Positions 19,465-29,256 of a DNA stretch of 64,000 nt are shown here, in pieces. This stretch comes from a virus. Position 1 is the stretch's first letter; the number at the start of each line of letters is the position of its first letter. The notes under the pieces are model-generated. The model was not told the origin of the DNA and did not search any database. It saw nothing but the letters and a program-made list of their open reading frames with translations. The translations under genes were made by a program, and so were the position numbers. The stretch lies in the IMG/VR virus record IMGVR_UViG_3300030061_003600, one strand, 5' to 3'.

Positions 19465-22400
19465 ATGGAGGAATATAAAGGTAAAACAATTGAGGAGTTA
19501 AGCGAGTTATTAGATGATTTGCAAGAGCAACAAGAGGTTTTGATTGATGACCTTGATGACCCGGATTTAAAAGAGGCATATGATAGTAATGAAGCCGAAA
19601 TTGCAAGAATAAAATCTGCTATGGGGACAACAGTTGGTAGTGTAGAGCAAGATTTAGAGTATAGAGAAGAAATGGATGCTATGGAAAAAGAGATAGATGA
19701 AAAAGATGAAACCTTTGTAGTTACGGAAAAAGAAGTTAAAAATTCTGATTTAGAAAATAGTAAATTCTCCGATATTAAAATAGATAAAAGCATCTTTTTT
19801 GGAGATGGTGGAAAAACAAAAACAGGAATTATGAAAAATATAGATTTAGACACTTACCATAAAATGCGTAATGCAGAATTTAATAAAGAAGTGAAAGCGG
19901 GAAGAATGGAAGATACTGATGAAAATTGGGAAAGATTTGATGAGGAGTATTTTGAGGAACTTTATGCTAAAGGATATACGATAGAAATGGCAAAAGGTGG
20001 TGCAATTTATAAGGGACATAAAGTAAAGATAAAGGATAGCGGTAAAACAATGAAGGTTACTGATGTATCTAAAAACAAAAAAGACCAAGTAGAGTTTTCA
20101 GGAGATGAAGGAACATACTTGATTGGAGATATTGAAAAAATGGAAAAAGGTGGTAAGGTTTTTAAGGCACCTAAAGGTTGGAGAAAAACAAAACAAGATG
20201 AAGGAGAAAAAACTTATAAGCATAAAGATGGAAGAGAAATTATAGTATCTGATAGTATGGTGGGAACCCCATCTTTTGAGGTAATATGGGAAATAGAAAA
20301 ATCTTACAATTGGGAAGATTGGAAAACAAAAAAGTTTCCGATGAACAAAGAGGGCACTAAAAAAATGGAAGAATTTTTGACAAAACTAATGAGTAGTTCT
20401 TATGCAAAAGGTGGTAAGATTGAAATTACATCTGCACCCGACTATCATAAGGTAAGAAATAAGGAGTATGATAAAAGAGTAAGAGAGGGAAAAATCAAAG
20501 ATACTGATGAAAATTTTGAAAAATTTGATGATGAGTATTTTAATGAATTAGTCAAAAAAGGTAAAATTGATATGGACAATTATTTCGCAAAAGGTGGTAA
20601 AACTGATGATGTAATTATGATTAAAATAGGTGGGGATAAAAAATACCCATATTATATTAAGAAGATTGACACTACACATATGTCTATGGCTAACAATAAA
20701 GATGGAGTTGATTTAGTTGTTCCATCTCATATTTTGCAACACAAAGGAGAAAGTTATTATGATGATGTTCGTTCTTGGTTAAAAGGAGGGCAAAGTCCTA
20801 ATGGAAAATCTTATGATAGTGATTATTACGCTAAAGGTGGTGAAGTAGACAAAGAATACATAATTAGAGTTTACGAAAATCAACAAGATTACGAATTTGA
20901 TGAAAACTATGATAATGTTTATTTAGATGATAAAGCACCAAGCAAAAAAAGAGCCATTAGGAAAGCCCGAGAAATAGAAAATAATAAAGGTAAAAAAGAT
21001 ACTTGGGTAAGAGTAATAGATAATGCATCACAATACAATGATGAAATATATTCTACTACATTTCCTCAAGGTTTTGAAAAAGGTGGAGAAGTAAAATGGG
21101 ATTTTAGTGAAGAAGAAGTTATAGATGGTGCTAATAATTTAGCATCTGCACTAACGCTTATAGATGGAAAATTATTTCAGGTACACGATTTTGAATATGA
21201 CAAAGGTAAAGGTGCCGGTTTTGAACTATCAATAGATGATGAAAAATATGCAGGAGGAAGTTATTATATTGATGCAGATGGCACAATGATAAATGCGGCT
21301 ATGAGTGGTGCTCCTTATGGTAATATAAAAGATAGTAAAAGGGAGTTAATAAAAGCATCTAAATCATTTGCAAAAGGTGGAGAAACTGCTACCGATTATT
21401 CAGGAGAATATAGAGATTTAAGAACTTTTGTAATGAGAAATGGTTTGCGAGAAGCAATGGGTAAAAAATATGGCTTTGAGGCAAAAGATTATGAAGATTA
21501 TGTAAGAGGAGAGTTGGGATATGATACTGAAGTTATACAAGAATTAGCAGGAGATAGATATAAAGTTGAGTATATAGAGAGATACGATGAAGCAACAGGA
21601 AGGAGAGATAAAGATGGAGAAGGAGTTATTATTGTAAGCAAATCATTTGCAAAAGGTGGTATGACAGGATTTAATAAGTTTTTTGATAAATTCAAAAGAA
21701 GTGATGCTTATATATCTGAACCAAGGAAAACTGCTAAAGGAAATTACATAGTAGAAGTAGAGCCACACGATAAAGAAACATCTAAACAAATGAAAGATTA
21801 TATGCAAAGTGAAGGTATAGGATATAGTCCTAAACCTATGGGTAAAGGTTTTTATACTCAATTTGCAAAAGGTGGAGAAACTGAAAAAGGTTATTTAGTT
21901 CTTTTATATGCAGGTTCATATCAATTTAAGAACTCATCAGAGTCAAATATATATTTAAATACTTTGGTTGATGCAATAGAATATGCCAAAAAAGAAATGC
22001 GAAAACAAAGAAATTATCGTTCATCAACGGATAAAATGTGGGCAGTAATTAAAGGAGAAGGGCAAGATATAAGAATAACTGAAGATGATGTTAAAGATTA
22101 TTATGAAAAAGGTGGTCCTATCAAAAGAGGAAGTGGAGCAAGAATGAGTATTGATTTTATAAAAGAAACAAGAAAAGTTGGTGATTTTGTAAGGGTTGAA
22201 ACTGATATTTTGGGAAAAGAAGAATTAACAGGAGAAATTGAGAGTTTCAGTCCTTTAAAAATAAGAACAGATGAAACATCAGTTGTAGTAATTCCTAATG
22301 AGTCCATCAAATATCTTACAGACCCAAGTCCTTTCAACTATGCAAAAGGTGGAGAAATTAGTATAGAGGGAAATCCTTATAAAAATGAAGATTTTTTCAT

Positions 22401-24051
22401 ATATAGAAATGGAAAAGAAGTAGCAAGTTGGAATGTAGATGAAATGGCAGAAGATGAAGATGTAGAAGATTTAGCCAAAGAAATGTTTTATTTGTGGAAA
22501 AATGATGAAGAAGAATTAGGAAAAAGATTAGATAGAATAAGTTATGCAAAAGGTGGTAGTATAGAAAAAGAATTAGAGGGTTATCAGGGAATGTATGATT
22601 ATGCGATAGCCAACAATTTTACACCAAGCCAATTAGCAGATGAATTAGAATTTACAACAGGTTTAAAAGATGAAAGAGATAAAAAGTTTTATGCTCATCT
22701 TAAAAATTTAACTCGTATGTTTCCTGATAAACCCCTTTCTGAATTTGCAAAAGGTGGTGTAACTAAAGGGCAAACATTAGCCGAAAATTTTAATAGGAAA
22801 GATGAAGTTAAAAATGTGGAATTTTGGAAAAATGATGTCATAGTTAAAGATAAAGATGGAAAAGCAGTAAGAATAGATTTGGATAAAGGAGAAAGAATAG
22901 AGTTAAATGCAAAAGGAGGAGAAACTGCTTCACCAATAACTAATTATCATAGAACTATAATGGGGACATTAGGGTTTGATTTGAAAGTTAAAGGAATGAG
23001 AAAAGCACAAGATTTTATTGTATATCCTATTGTTGCAAAAACAGATACTATAAGAATTCAAAGTGATAAAAAATGGGGAGAGATACATATTAATACAGGA
23101 AAAGGAATTTTAAGCAAGTCAGGAAGCACGAGTTGGCATTTACACGCTGATATGATGAATATGAATGTCATTAAGTTTGAATTAACACCCGAAGAATTGG
23201 AAGAATTAAAAAAACAAATAAAATCTACTTCAGGAAAAGATGTAGGTAATACTATTATGAGAACTGATAATAGCGGAGCAGCACTTCTTGAGCACGGAGG
23301 AGAAATTGATTTAAATGAGGTTGATATATATGAAGCGGATGAAAATGGAAATTTTACGGTTGTGATTGATGGAGATGTCTTTGATATGAATTATCATACT
23401 ATGCCTAATATGAGTGTTAATATGTATGCAGGAAGTCGTTCAGAATATCCTTCAGACATTAGTCATTGGGGTAAAAAAATAACATTTGAAGATGCACCTC
23501 AAGTTATAAAAGATAAAATAGGAAAGAGAATAGAGGAATTCCATACGCATTTAGATAAGGGAGGTAAAATCAAGGAAGATAAAAGAAAGTGGTCACATCA
23601 TATGTGGTTCACAAATGAAAAACCGGGTGACACTTATTATTATGAAGATGCCGTAATAGATTATTTGATAGATAATCCACGAACTTTTAAGTTAGATATA
23701 AATAGAAGAGCCCTAAATAAGCCGGGTAAATTATCTGAAGTTTATAAAGATATGGGAATAAGCACAAGTAGTGGATATTTAAATCCTCAAGATATAAAGC
23801 AGTTTGCTATTGATAATGAGAAATACGATTGGTTAAAGATAGAAGGAGATAGAGGTTCTGACTCAAGAAAAAGAACGATTAAAAAGTATTTAGATAGAAG
23901 AAAAAAATATGCAGAATATGCAGAGGGTTTATCAAGAGAAGAATTATTAGAGCAAATTGAAATGTTAAATACGATGGCTTGGGAAGAAAAGGATAATGAA
24001 ATGAGGTCAGAAATGTTAGCAGAAGTAAATAAAATGAGAACACAACTATAA
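19465..24051 (+). CDS. modular protein of about 18 small domains separated by 17 [YFM][AE]KGG-type motifs
   Basis: Motifs in order: FGDGG, MAKGG, MEKGG, YAKGG, FAKGG, YAKGG, FEKGG, FAKGG x3, YEKGG, YAKGG x2, FAKGG, NAKGG, LEHGG, LDKGG. Confidence 0.85.
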   Translation: MEEYKGKTIEELSELLDDLQEQQEVLIDDLDDPDLKEAYDSNEAEIARIKSAMGTTVGSVEQDLEYREEMDAMEKEIDEKDETFVVTEKEVKNSDLENSKFSDIKIDKSIFFGDGGKTKTGIMKNIDLDTYHKMRNAEFNKEVKAGRMEDTDENWERFDEEYFEELYAKGYTIEMAKGGAIYKGHKVKIKDSGKTMKVTDVSKNKKDQVEFSGDEGTYLIGDIEKMEKGGKVFKAPKGWRKTKQDEGEKTYKHKDGREIIVSDSMVGTPSFEVIWEIEKSYNWEDWKTKKFPMNKEGTKKMEEFLTKLMSSSYAKGGKIEITSAPDYHKVRNKEYDKRVREGKIKDTDENFEKFDDEYFNELVKKGKIDMDNYFAKGGKTDDVIMIKIGGDKKYPYYIKKIDTTHMSMANNKDGVDLVVPSHILQHKGESYYDDVRSWLKGGQSPNGKSYDSDYYAKGGEVDKEYIIRVYENQQDYEFDENYDNVYLDDKAPSKKRAIRKAREIENNKGKKDTWVRVIDNASQYNDEIYSTTFPQGFEKGGEVKWDFSEEEVIDGANNLASALTLIDGKLFQVHDFEYDKGKGAGFELSIDDEKYAGGSYYIDADGTMINAAMSGAPYGNIKDSKRELIKASKSFAKGGETATDYSGEYRDLRTFVMRNGLREAMGKKYGFEAKDYEDYVRGELGYDTEVIQELAGDRYKVEYIERYDEATGRRDKDGEGVIIVSKSFAKGGMTGFNKFFDKFKRSDAYISEPRKTAKGNYIVEVEPHDKETSKQMKDYMQSEGIGYSPKPMGKGFYTQFAKGGETEKGYLVLLYAGSYQFKNSSESNIYLNTLVDAIEYAKKEMRKQRNYRSSTDKMWAVIKGEGQDIRITEDDVKDYYEKGGPIKRGSGARMSIDFIKETRKVGDFVRVETDILGKEELTGEIESFSPLKIRTDETSVVVIPNESIKYLTDPSPFNYAKGGEISIEGNPYKNEDFFIYRNGKEVASWNVDEMAEDEDVEDLAKEMFYLWKNDEEELGKRLDRISYAKGGSIEKELEGYQGMYDYAIANNFTPSQLADELEFTTGLKDERDKKFYAHLKNLTRMFPDKPLSEFAKGGVTKGQTLAENFNRKDEVKNVEFWKNDVIVKDKDGKAVRIDLDKGERIELNAKGGETASPITNYHRTIMGTLGFDLKVKGMRKAQDFIVYPIVAKTDTIRIQSDKKWGEIHINTGKGILSKSGSTSWHLHADMMNMNVIKFELTPEELEELKKQIKSTSGKDVGNTIMRTDNSGAALLEHGGEIDLNEVDIYEADENGNFTVVIDGDVFDMNYHTMPNMSVNMYAGSRSEYPSDISHWGKKITFEDAPQVIKDKIGKRIEEFHTHLDKGGKIKEDKRKWSHHMWFTNEKPGDTYYYEDAVIDYLIDNPRTFKLDINRRALNKPGKLSEVYKDMGISTSSGYLNPQDIKQFAIDNEKYDWLKIEGDRGSDSRKRTIKKYLDRRKKYAEYAEGLSREELLEQIEMLNTMAWEEKDNEMRSEMLAEVNKMRTQL
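19993..22760 (+). repeat. dispersed in-frame repeat AAAGGTGG (core of WWTGCAAAAGGTGG), 13 consecutive motif copies
   Basis: Motifs 2-14 of the 1528-aa ORF all use AAA GGT GGN; spacing about 150-300 nt. Confidence 0.85.
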
Positions 24052-24060
24052 CTTAATTAT

Positions 24061-26289
24061 ATGAGCATAGAAGAGAATAGAAAAAAAGAAATGGGTTTTC
24101 CTAAAAATCCTGACAATATAACTAAAGATGAACTTCACGAACATTTTGATTTAAATAATGATGGTAAAGTTAATATAGAAGAGTATGCTGAACATATTAA
24201 TTATCATTGTGAAAACCCTGATGTTTTAGAGGATGAAATGCAACAAGCAGATTTTGAACGAGGTTTTAAATATGCAGAGGGTGGAAAGGTAGAAAAATAT
24301 ATAATTGTAAGGGGTACTAAATATGGTGAAAAGTATTATTACCAAAAGGGTACTAATGAACATAACAACAAATGGTTAAGAACTAAAAAAGGGGCTACTA
24401 TTTTTACTGACATTAAAGAAGCAGAAAAATATGCTGATGAATCCGATGGAGATATAGAAAATTTAACTACCTATGCAAAAGGTGGAGAGGTAGAGATATT
24501 TAGTTATTACTTTGATGTTGATAAAGTAAAAAGCATAGAAAATGTAGAAGTATTTACAAATCAAAGAAAAGGACATAAGAATTATGTGAGAGTAGATTAT
24601 ATTCAGTTGTCTAAACCCCAAACTATGCAAGTTGATTTTAGAAAAATACCATTTGATACACAAGAGGAATTAACCTACATTAAAAAAACTTTACGAGATA
24701 ATTTCGGCTCTACCTATGCAAAAGGTGGTAAAACTAAAAAAGCCAAAACTTGGAAAGAAAAGTATAATAAAAAGTATGGTAATGATTTAGATGCATCAAA
24801 TTCTTTATCAGACATTGCAGAAGATACAGGAGTTTCAAAAAAAGGAATACAAAAGATATATAATAAAGGTATTGGGGCATATAAAACAAACCCCTCAAGT
24901 GTTAGACCTAATGTTAAGTCAAAAGAGCAATGGGCTCAAGCAAGAGTTTATAGTGCAGTAATGGGAGGCAACGCAGCCAAAGTAGATGCTAAAGAGTTAA
25001 AAATGGAAAAAGGTGGAGCATTAAAAAAAGAGTTTAAATTTGACAAAAATTTTGTAATATATGTTCCTTCTACTACTGATGTTGGAGAAAAAATATCTAA
25101 AAAAGAATTAGAAAAGAGGGTTCAAGAAGTAGAAAAATATGTAGCCAATGAATTTGGAGGATATACTGAAACAGAAACCGATGGAGGGTATAAATCAACT
25201 TCAGGAGAGATAATAGAGGAAGATATTGTTAAAGTATCAGTATTTGCTAATAATAAAGATTGGAAAAATAACGAAAACAAAGTTGTAAAGAAAGTAAAAG
25301 AATGGTCTAAAAAATGGGGTCAGGAAGCCATAGGATTTGAATTTGAAGGAGATTTATATTATATAGATGCAGATGGAAAGTTTGGATGGGGAGGAACTAT
25401 ACTTGGTGCTCTTGTCGGGGGGTATGCAGGATATAAGATAGGAAGGGCAAGACCCCAAAAGAAAGGATTTGACACCGAAAAGAAATTAATTAATAGAGCC
25501 AAAAACACAAGATGGGACAAAGATGGCGGCATAAGGTATGCAAAAGGAGGAGAAATGATGAAAGGAATTAGAACACCTAAAATAGTAGAGTTTGAAGATG
25601 GTGGAGAAGTTGATTTATTTGAGCATTATGAAAAACTGCCAACTAAATCAAAAATTATTGTTGATTATTATATGCAAAAGTATGAAGATGGAGATTACGA
25701 TTATAGTGATAGTAAAAAGTTCCTTGAAGAAATGGAAAAAACCGGATATACTTTTGAATATGGGTTAGATAATGAGCCATATGATTTAAGAAAAATGAAA
25801 ATAGGCGGGGCATTAGAATTAGTACACGCATATGATGATGATGGCTCCTTATTTGGAACAGGACATATAGAAAAAGTAGAAGGCGGAAAGACCTATGTTA
25901 GATTTGATAGCCAAAAGGTTAAGGCATTTGATAATGACAAAGTTAAGCCCGTAATGGCAAAGGGTGGATTAACACCTGCCAAAGCAAAGAAAATGTTAGA
26001 TGATGGAATGGCTCAAGGAAAGCCGCTTACTGATAGGCAAAAAAGATATTTTGGGGCAATATCGCAAGGAAAAGCAGATAAAGCAAGAGAAAAATCAAGT
26101 ATGAAGAGGGGAGGAAAAACAAAATCTATAAATTATAAAAAGAAAGATTATGGTTTAGATTATTTATATAATCAATTAAAAATTAGTCGTGAACTTTTAG
26201 ATAGAGCAACAACTACTGATGAAAAAGATATTCTTTCATTAAGATTGAAAAGCATACAAAAGGTAATTGATAATACATTGAGAATATGA
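24061..26289 (+). CDS. second GG-motif modular protein with N-terminal EF-hand
   Basis: EF-hand loop DLNNDGKVNIEE; motifs YAEGG, YAKGG x3, MEKGG, FEDGG, MKIGG, MAKGG, MKRGG. Confidence 0.8.
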   Translation: MSIEENRKKEMGFPKNPDNITKDELHEHFDLNNDGKVNIEEYAEHINYHCENPDVLEDEMQQADFERGFKYAEGGKVEKYIIVRGTKYGEKYYYQKGTNEHNNKWLRTKKGATIFTDIKEAEKYADESDGDIENLTTYAKGGEVEIFSYYFDVDKVKSIENVEVFTNQRKGHKNYVRVDYIQLSKPQTMQVDFRKIPFDTQEELTYIKKTLRDNFGSTYAKGGKTKKAKTWKEKYNKKYGNDLDASNSLSDIAEDTGVSKKGIQKIYNKGIGAYKTNPSSVRPNVKSKEQWAQARVYSAVMGGNAAKVDAKELKMEKGGALKKEFKFDKNFVIYVPSTTDVGEKISKKELEKRVQEVEKYVANEFGGYTETETDGGYKSTSGEIIEEDIVKVSVFANNKDWKNNENKVVKKVKEWSKKWGQEAIGFEFEGDLYYIDADGKFGWGGTILGALVGGYAGYKIGRARPQKKGFDTEKKLINRAKNTRWDKDGGIRYAKGGEMMKGIRTPKIVEFEDGGEVDLFEHYEKLPTKSKIIVDYYMQKYEDGDYDYSDSKKFLEEMEKTGYTFEYGLDNEPYDLRKMKIGGALELVHAYDDDGSLFGTGHIEKVEGGKTYVRFDSQKVKAFDNDKVKPVMAKGGLTPAKAKKMLDDGMAQGKPLTDRQKRYFGAISQGKADKAREKSSMKRGGKTKSINYKKKDYGLDYLYNQLKISRELLDRATTTDEKDILSLRLKSIQKVIDNTLRI

Positions 26290-26353
26290 CCCTGCTTTTA
26301 AGGGGTAAAAAAAAATTAACTTAACAAATGTGGTTAATTATTTTAAAAAATAA

Positions 26354-26361
26354 TATATTTG
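26354..26361 (+). promoter_or_regulatory. Bacteroidota-type -7 element TATATTTG
   Basis: TAnnTTTG in the intergenic gap, 20 nt before the ATG at 26382. Confidence 0.55.
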
Positions 26362-26381
26362 TAACTTAAAATGATAATAAA

Positions 26382-26960
26382 ATGGCAACTAAAATAGAAG
26401 CATTAGAAAAGACAATAAGGGCACAGGAAAAAATGAAAGCCAACTTTGAAAAGAAGGGTAAAGATAAATTTTCAAAGAAAATAGAGGAAAAAGTAAAGGA
26501 CTTAAAAGCAGAACTTAAAAAATTGAAAGATGCTGATAAGCCAAAGAAAGAAGCAAAAAAACCTGCAAAATCAAAATCAAAGAAAATTGCAGGAACAATG
26601 TCCGAAGAAGATTGTAGAAAATTACTGAAAAAGATGAGGGGCAAATATATGAAATCAGAAAGCACTACTAAAAAGAACATTGAAGAAGGTAGAGCAACAA
26701 AGGATGGTGTTTTGAAGCCAAGTGCTTCATTAGAAAATGAGTCAGAAAGTATTGAAAATAAAGCCGACTCCGGACAAACTATCAATAAAAAAGAACAAAA
26801 AGCCATTGCTTTTAACATTGAAACAATTGTAAAAAATTGTGTAGAGATGATAAAATATAAAAAAGATGCCGACCAATTACTTAAAGATTTAATAAGGTCT
26901 TTAGGGGAATTAAGAGCAGATATAGCATCGGGAAGATTAAAGCCCGGAGCACAAAATTAA
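26382..26960 (+). CDS. very basic Lys-rich protein, possible DNA-binding/condensing protein
   Basis: KPKKEAKKPAKSKSKK and overall Lys excess. Confidence 0.6.
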   Translation: MATKIEALEKTIRAQEKMKANFEKKGKDKFSKKIEEKVKDLKAELKKLKDADKPKKEAKKPAKSKSKKIAGTMSEEDCRKLLKKMRGKYMKSESTTKKNIEEGRATKDGVLKPSASLENESESIENKADSGQTINKKEQKAIAFNIETIVKNCVEMIKYKKDADQLLKDLIRSLGELRADIASGRLKPGAQN

Positions 26961-26984
26961 TTAATAACCAAAACTTATACAATT

Positions 26985-27494
26985 ATGTACCCACACCAAG
27001 TTTTAATGGAAGAGCATTCTCTTCAAAAACAAGACCTTTCAAAAGAGGCACAGAATTATTTAAAAGATTTTAATCATTTTCACAGAGGAGTTTCTTTAAA
27101 GAAGTCAAGAGCCGAAAAAAAAGGAGTAGAATTTGCTATGACTGAAGCGGACAATGATAAATTAAATAGATTTTCTAAATCAGTATGTATTCAAATTTAT
27201 GAAGATATGAATACTACAAGGCAAGAGGCAGAAAAAAAGAAAGCCGAGGAACTTAAAATCCAAGAGGAAGCCCTGCAATTAAAGAAAGCCCAAGAGGAAG
27301 AAGATGCTAAAAGAAAATCGGAAGCAGAGGAAAAGAAAAAAGAAGAAGAAAAAAGATTAGAATTAGAAAAATTAGCCCAAGCAGAGCAACAGGAGAGAGA
27401 ATTAGCCGAAAAAGCACAAGCAGAAGCACAAGAAAAAGCCAAAGCCAAAGCAAAGGCGGAAGAGGGCGGAGGGCTATTTGATTACTTTTTTTAA
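26985..27494 (+). CDS. coiled-coil protein (E/K/A-rich)
   Basis: Long charged helical repeat region. Confidence 0.65.
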   Translation: MYPHQVLMEEHSLQKQDLSKEAQNYLKDFNHFHRGVSLKKSRAEKKGVEFAMTEADNDKLNRFSKSVCIQIYEDMNTTRQEAEKKKAEELKIQEEALQLKKAQEEEDAKRKSEAEEKKKEEEKRLELEKLAQAEQQERELAEKAQAEAQEKAKAKAKAEEGGGLFDYFF

Positions 27495-27503
27495 AATTAT
27501 ATT

Positions 27504-28472
27504 ATGGCAAGAAATAGAAGAAGAACTAAAAATTCACCACAAAATATAAATACTTCCTCACCCAAAACCAAATATGGGCTAATACCGGTAAATAATCTTA
27601 CCTATGGAAATCCAAATGCTGCCCAAGATATAATGGTAAGACAAGAGGGTAATTTTGACTATATAGCAAACCACTATATGGATAAGCCCTATCCCAACAA
27701 TGATGGTAATTATGCTCATAAAGAGTTAAAATCTATACGAAAAGATATGGAGAAACTACAACACGATAAAGTTGTAGAATTGAGCATAAAATTTGATGAA
27801 GATTTAAGTGGAATGTTAATTGATACTGCTGACAAATGCGGTGTTTCTAATCCTTCAGAATTTGTTAAAGAATTAATGCAGGATATAAATCCTATTATAA
27901 TGAAGTTAAAATACTTCTACAATAGAATTAGACCTTATCAATTAGCCAATGTAACTTCATTCCCTCTAAATCCAATGCCTACTATTTCTGCACAATCACC
28001 ATCTTATCCATCAGGACATACTGTTCAAAGTAGAGTTTTTGCAGATGTATTAAGTTTTCGTTATCCTGACCAACAGGATATGTTAGACAAGTTTGCAGAT
28101 AAGTGCTCTAAATCAAGAATTATTTTGGGGGTTCACTTTCCATCTGATGAGGTTTTTGGTAAGCAGTTAGCCGCAGGAATTGTTAAAGATGAAAACTTTA
28201 AACATAAGTATTTTAATGCAGAGAGAATTGCCGAAGGTGTTAGCAAAAGTCCTATAAAAAACTATGCCAACGCACATCCCGAAAATGACCCATTTGGAAT
28301 ATCTAATTCAATTAATGGTCAAAGTCAAAGACAACAAAATAGAGATTCTCAACCAAGACCGGGTGCAGATTTATACACACCCCCTAAAACAGTAAATGAA
28401 GATGAAATTTTTGGCGGAGTTCCTAAAGCACCTGATGGCAATATGCCGTTCCCGGGTGCCCCAAGACCTTAA
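27504..28472 (+). CDS. PAP2/acid phosphatase-haloperoxidase superfamily protein
   Basis: All three motifs: KYFYNRIRP, PSYPSGH, SRIILGVHFPSD. Confidence 0.85.
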   Translation: MARNRRRTKNSPQNINTSSPKTKYGLIPVNNLTYGNPNAAQDIMVRQEGNFDYIANHYMDKPYPNNDGNYAHKELKSIRKDMEKLQHDKVVELSIKFDEDLSGMLIDTADKCGVSNPSEFVKELMQDINPIIMKLKYFYNRIRPYQLANVTSFPLNPMPTISAQSPSYPSGHTVQSRVFADVLSFRYPDQQDMLDKFADKCSKSRIILGVHFPSDEVFGKQLAAGIVKDENFKHKYFNAERIAEGVSKSPIKNYANAHPENDPFGISNSINGQSQRQQNRDSQPRPGADLYTPPKTVNEDEIFGGVPKAPDGNMPFPGAPRP

Positions 28473-28500
28473 TAATAAAAATAATAATAACCCGATAGTT

Positions 28501-29136
28501 ATGAAAAATGATAAGTACCATTGGATTTTAGATGCAGGGCACGGAGGTTTAGACCCCAAAAGCGGAGAGTATCAAACACGGGGAAAAAGAAGCCCTATGT
28601 TTCCACCCACAAGTGAATATGGAGGAAAAGTTTTATATGAAGGTGTGCGAAATAGGCAAGTTTTAAAATGCCTTAAAGAATTGTTAGATGAAAATAATTA
28701 TGAATATAGTGTTGTTTCAGATGAGTGGAAAGACAATACTTTAAGTGATAGAGTAGCAAGAGCAAATAAAATAGCAGAAACAAAAGAGAATTGCATATAT
28801 GTATCTATACATCATAATGCATATGGTAAAGGATGGAACAATGCTCACGGAATATCCACATATCATTTTCCTAAATCTGAAAAAGGTTTTAGATTGGCGG
28901 GAGTATTTAATAGTCAAATAGTAGAAGAAATGGGTTGGAGAAATAGAGGTGTTAAAAGTGCAAACTTTTATGTTCTAAAATATACAAAAATGCCATCTGT
29001 TTTAACTGAAAACGGATTTATGACCAACCTTAAAGAAGCCGAAGTATTAATGAGTGATGAAGGAAGTTATAAACTTTCATTAGCACATTTTGAGGCAATT
29101 AAGGAGATAAATGACAGAGGATTAAATTTTTTATAA
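28501..29136 (+). CDS. N-acetylmuramoyl-L-alanine amidase (Amidase_3), probable endolysin
   Basis: ILDAGHGG, YEGVRN, VSIHHNA, VLTENGFMTN; ATG at 28501 preferred over the 28396 extension overlapping PAP2. Confidence 0.9.
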   Translation: MKNDKYHWILDAGHGGLDPKSGEYQTRGKRSPMFPPTSEYGGKVLYEGVRNRQVLKCLKELLDENNYEYSVVSDEWKDNTLSDRVARANKIAETKENCIYVSIHHNAYGKGWNNAHGISTYHFPKSEKGFRLAGVFNSQIVEEMGWRNRGVKSANFYVLKYTKMPSVLTENGFMTNLKEAEVLMSDEGSYKLSLAHFEAIKEINDRGLNFL

Positions 29137-29174
29137 AAAAAAAGACAGTAATGACTTGTTTTAATTATTTTTTG

Positions 29175-29182
29175 TATATTTG
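29175..29182 (+). promoter_or_regulatory. Bacteroidota-type -7 element TATATTTG
   Basis: TAnnTTTG in the gap after the amidase; nearest TTG is 16 nt upstream (short spacing). Confidence 0.45.
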
Positions 29183-29228
29183 TCCTTTAAACATCTCATT
29201 TTTACAAGTTGTTTATTCCTTTAAATTC

Positions 29229-29256
29229 AGTCAGGTTGGTGCCTGACTTTTTTTTT
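29229..29256 (+). terminator. intrinsic terminator
   Basis: Stem AGTCAGG / CCTGACT, 6-nt loop, followed by 8 T. Confidence 0.8.

Noticed and set aside
19465-24051. CRISPR array or classical integron as explanation of the AAAGGTGG repeats
   Set aside because: Repeats are short, non-palindromic, in frame and 150-380 nt apart; no cas gene, integrase or attC hairpins seen
19465-26289. Bacteriocin double-glycine leaders cut by C39 peptidases
   Set aside because: The LSxxELxxIxGG helix pattern is missing and no C39/ABC transporter is in the window
26288-26315. Terminator after the second GG array
   Set aside because: Only a 4-5 bp stem followed by an A-run rather than a T-run on the coding strand
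28396-28500. N-terminal extension of the amidase in the ORF track
   Set aside because: Overlaps the PAP2 gene by 77 nt; ATG at 28501 has the usual A-rich context and gives a normal domain start
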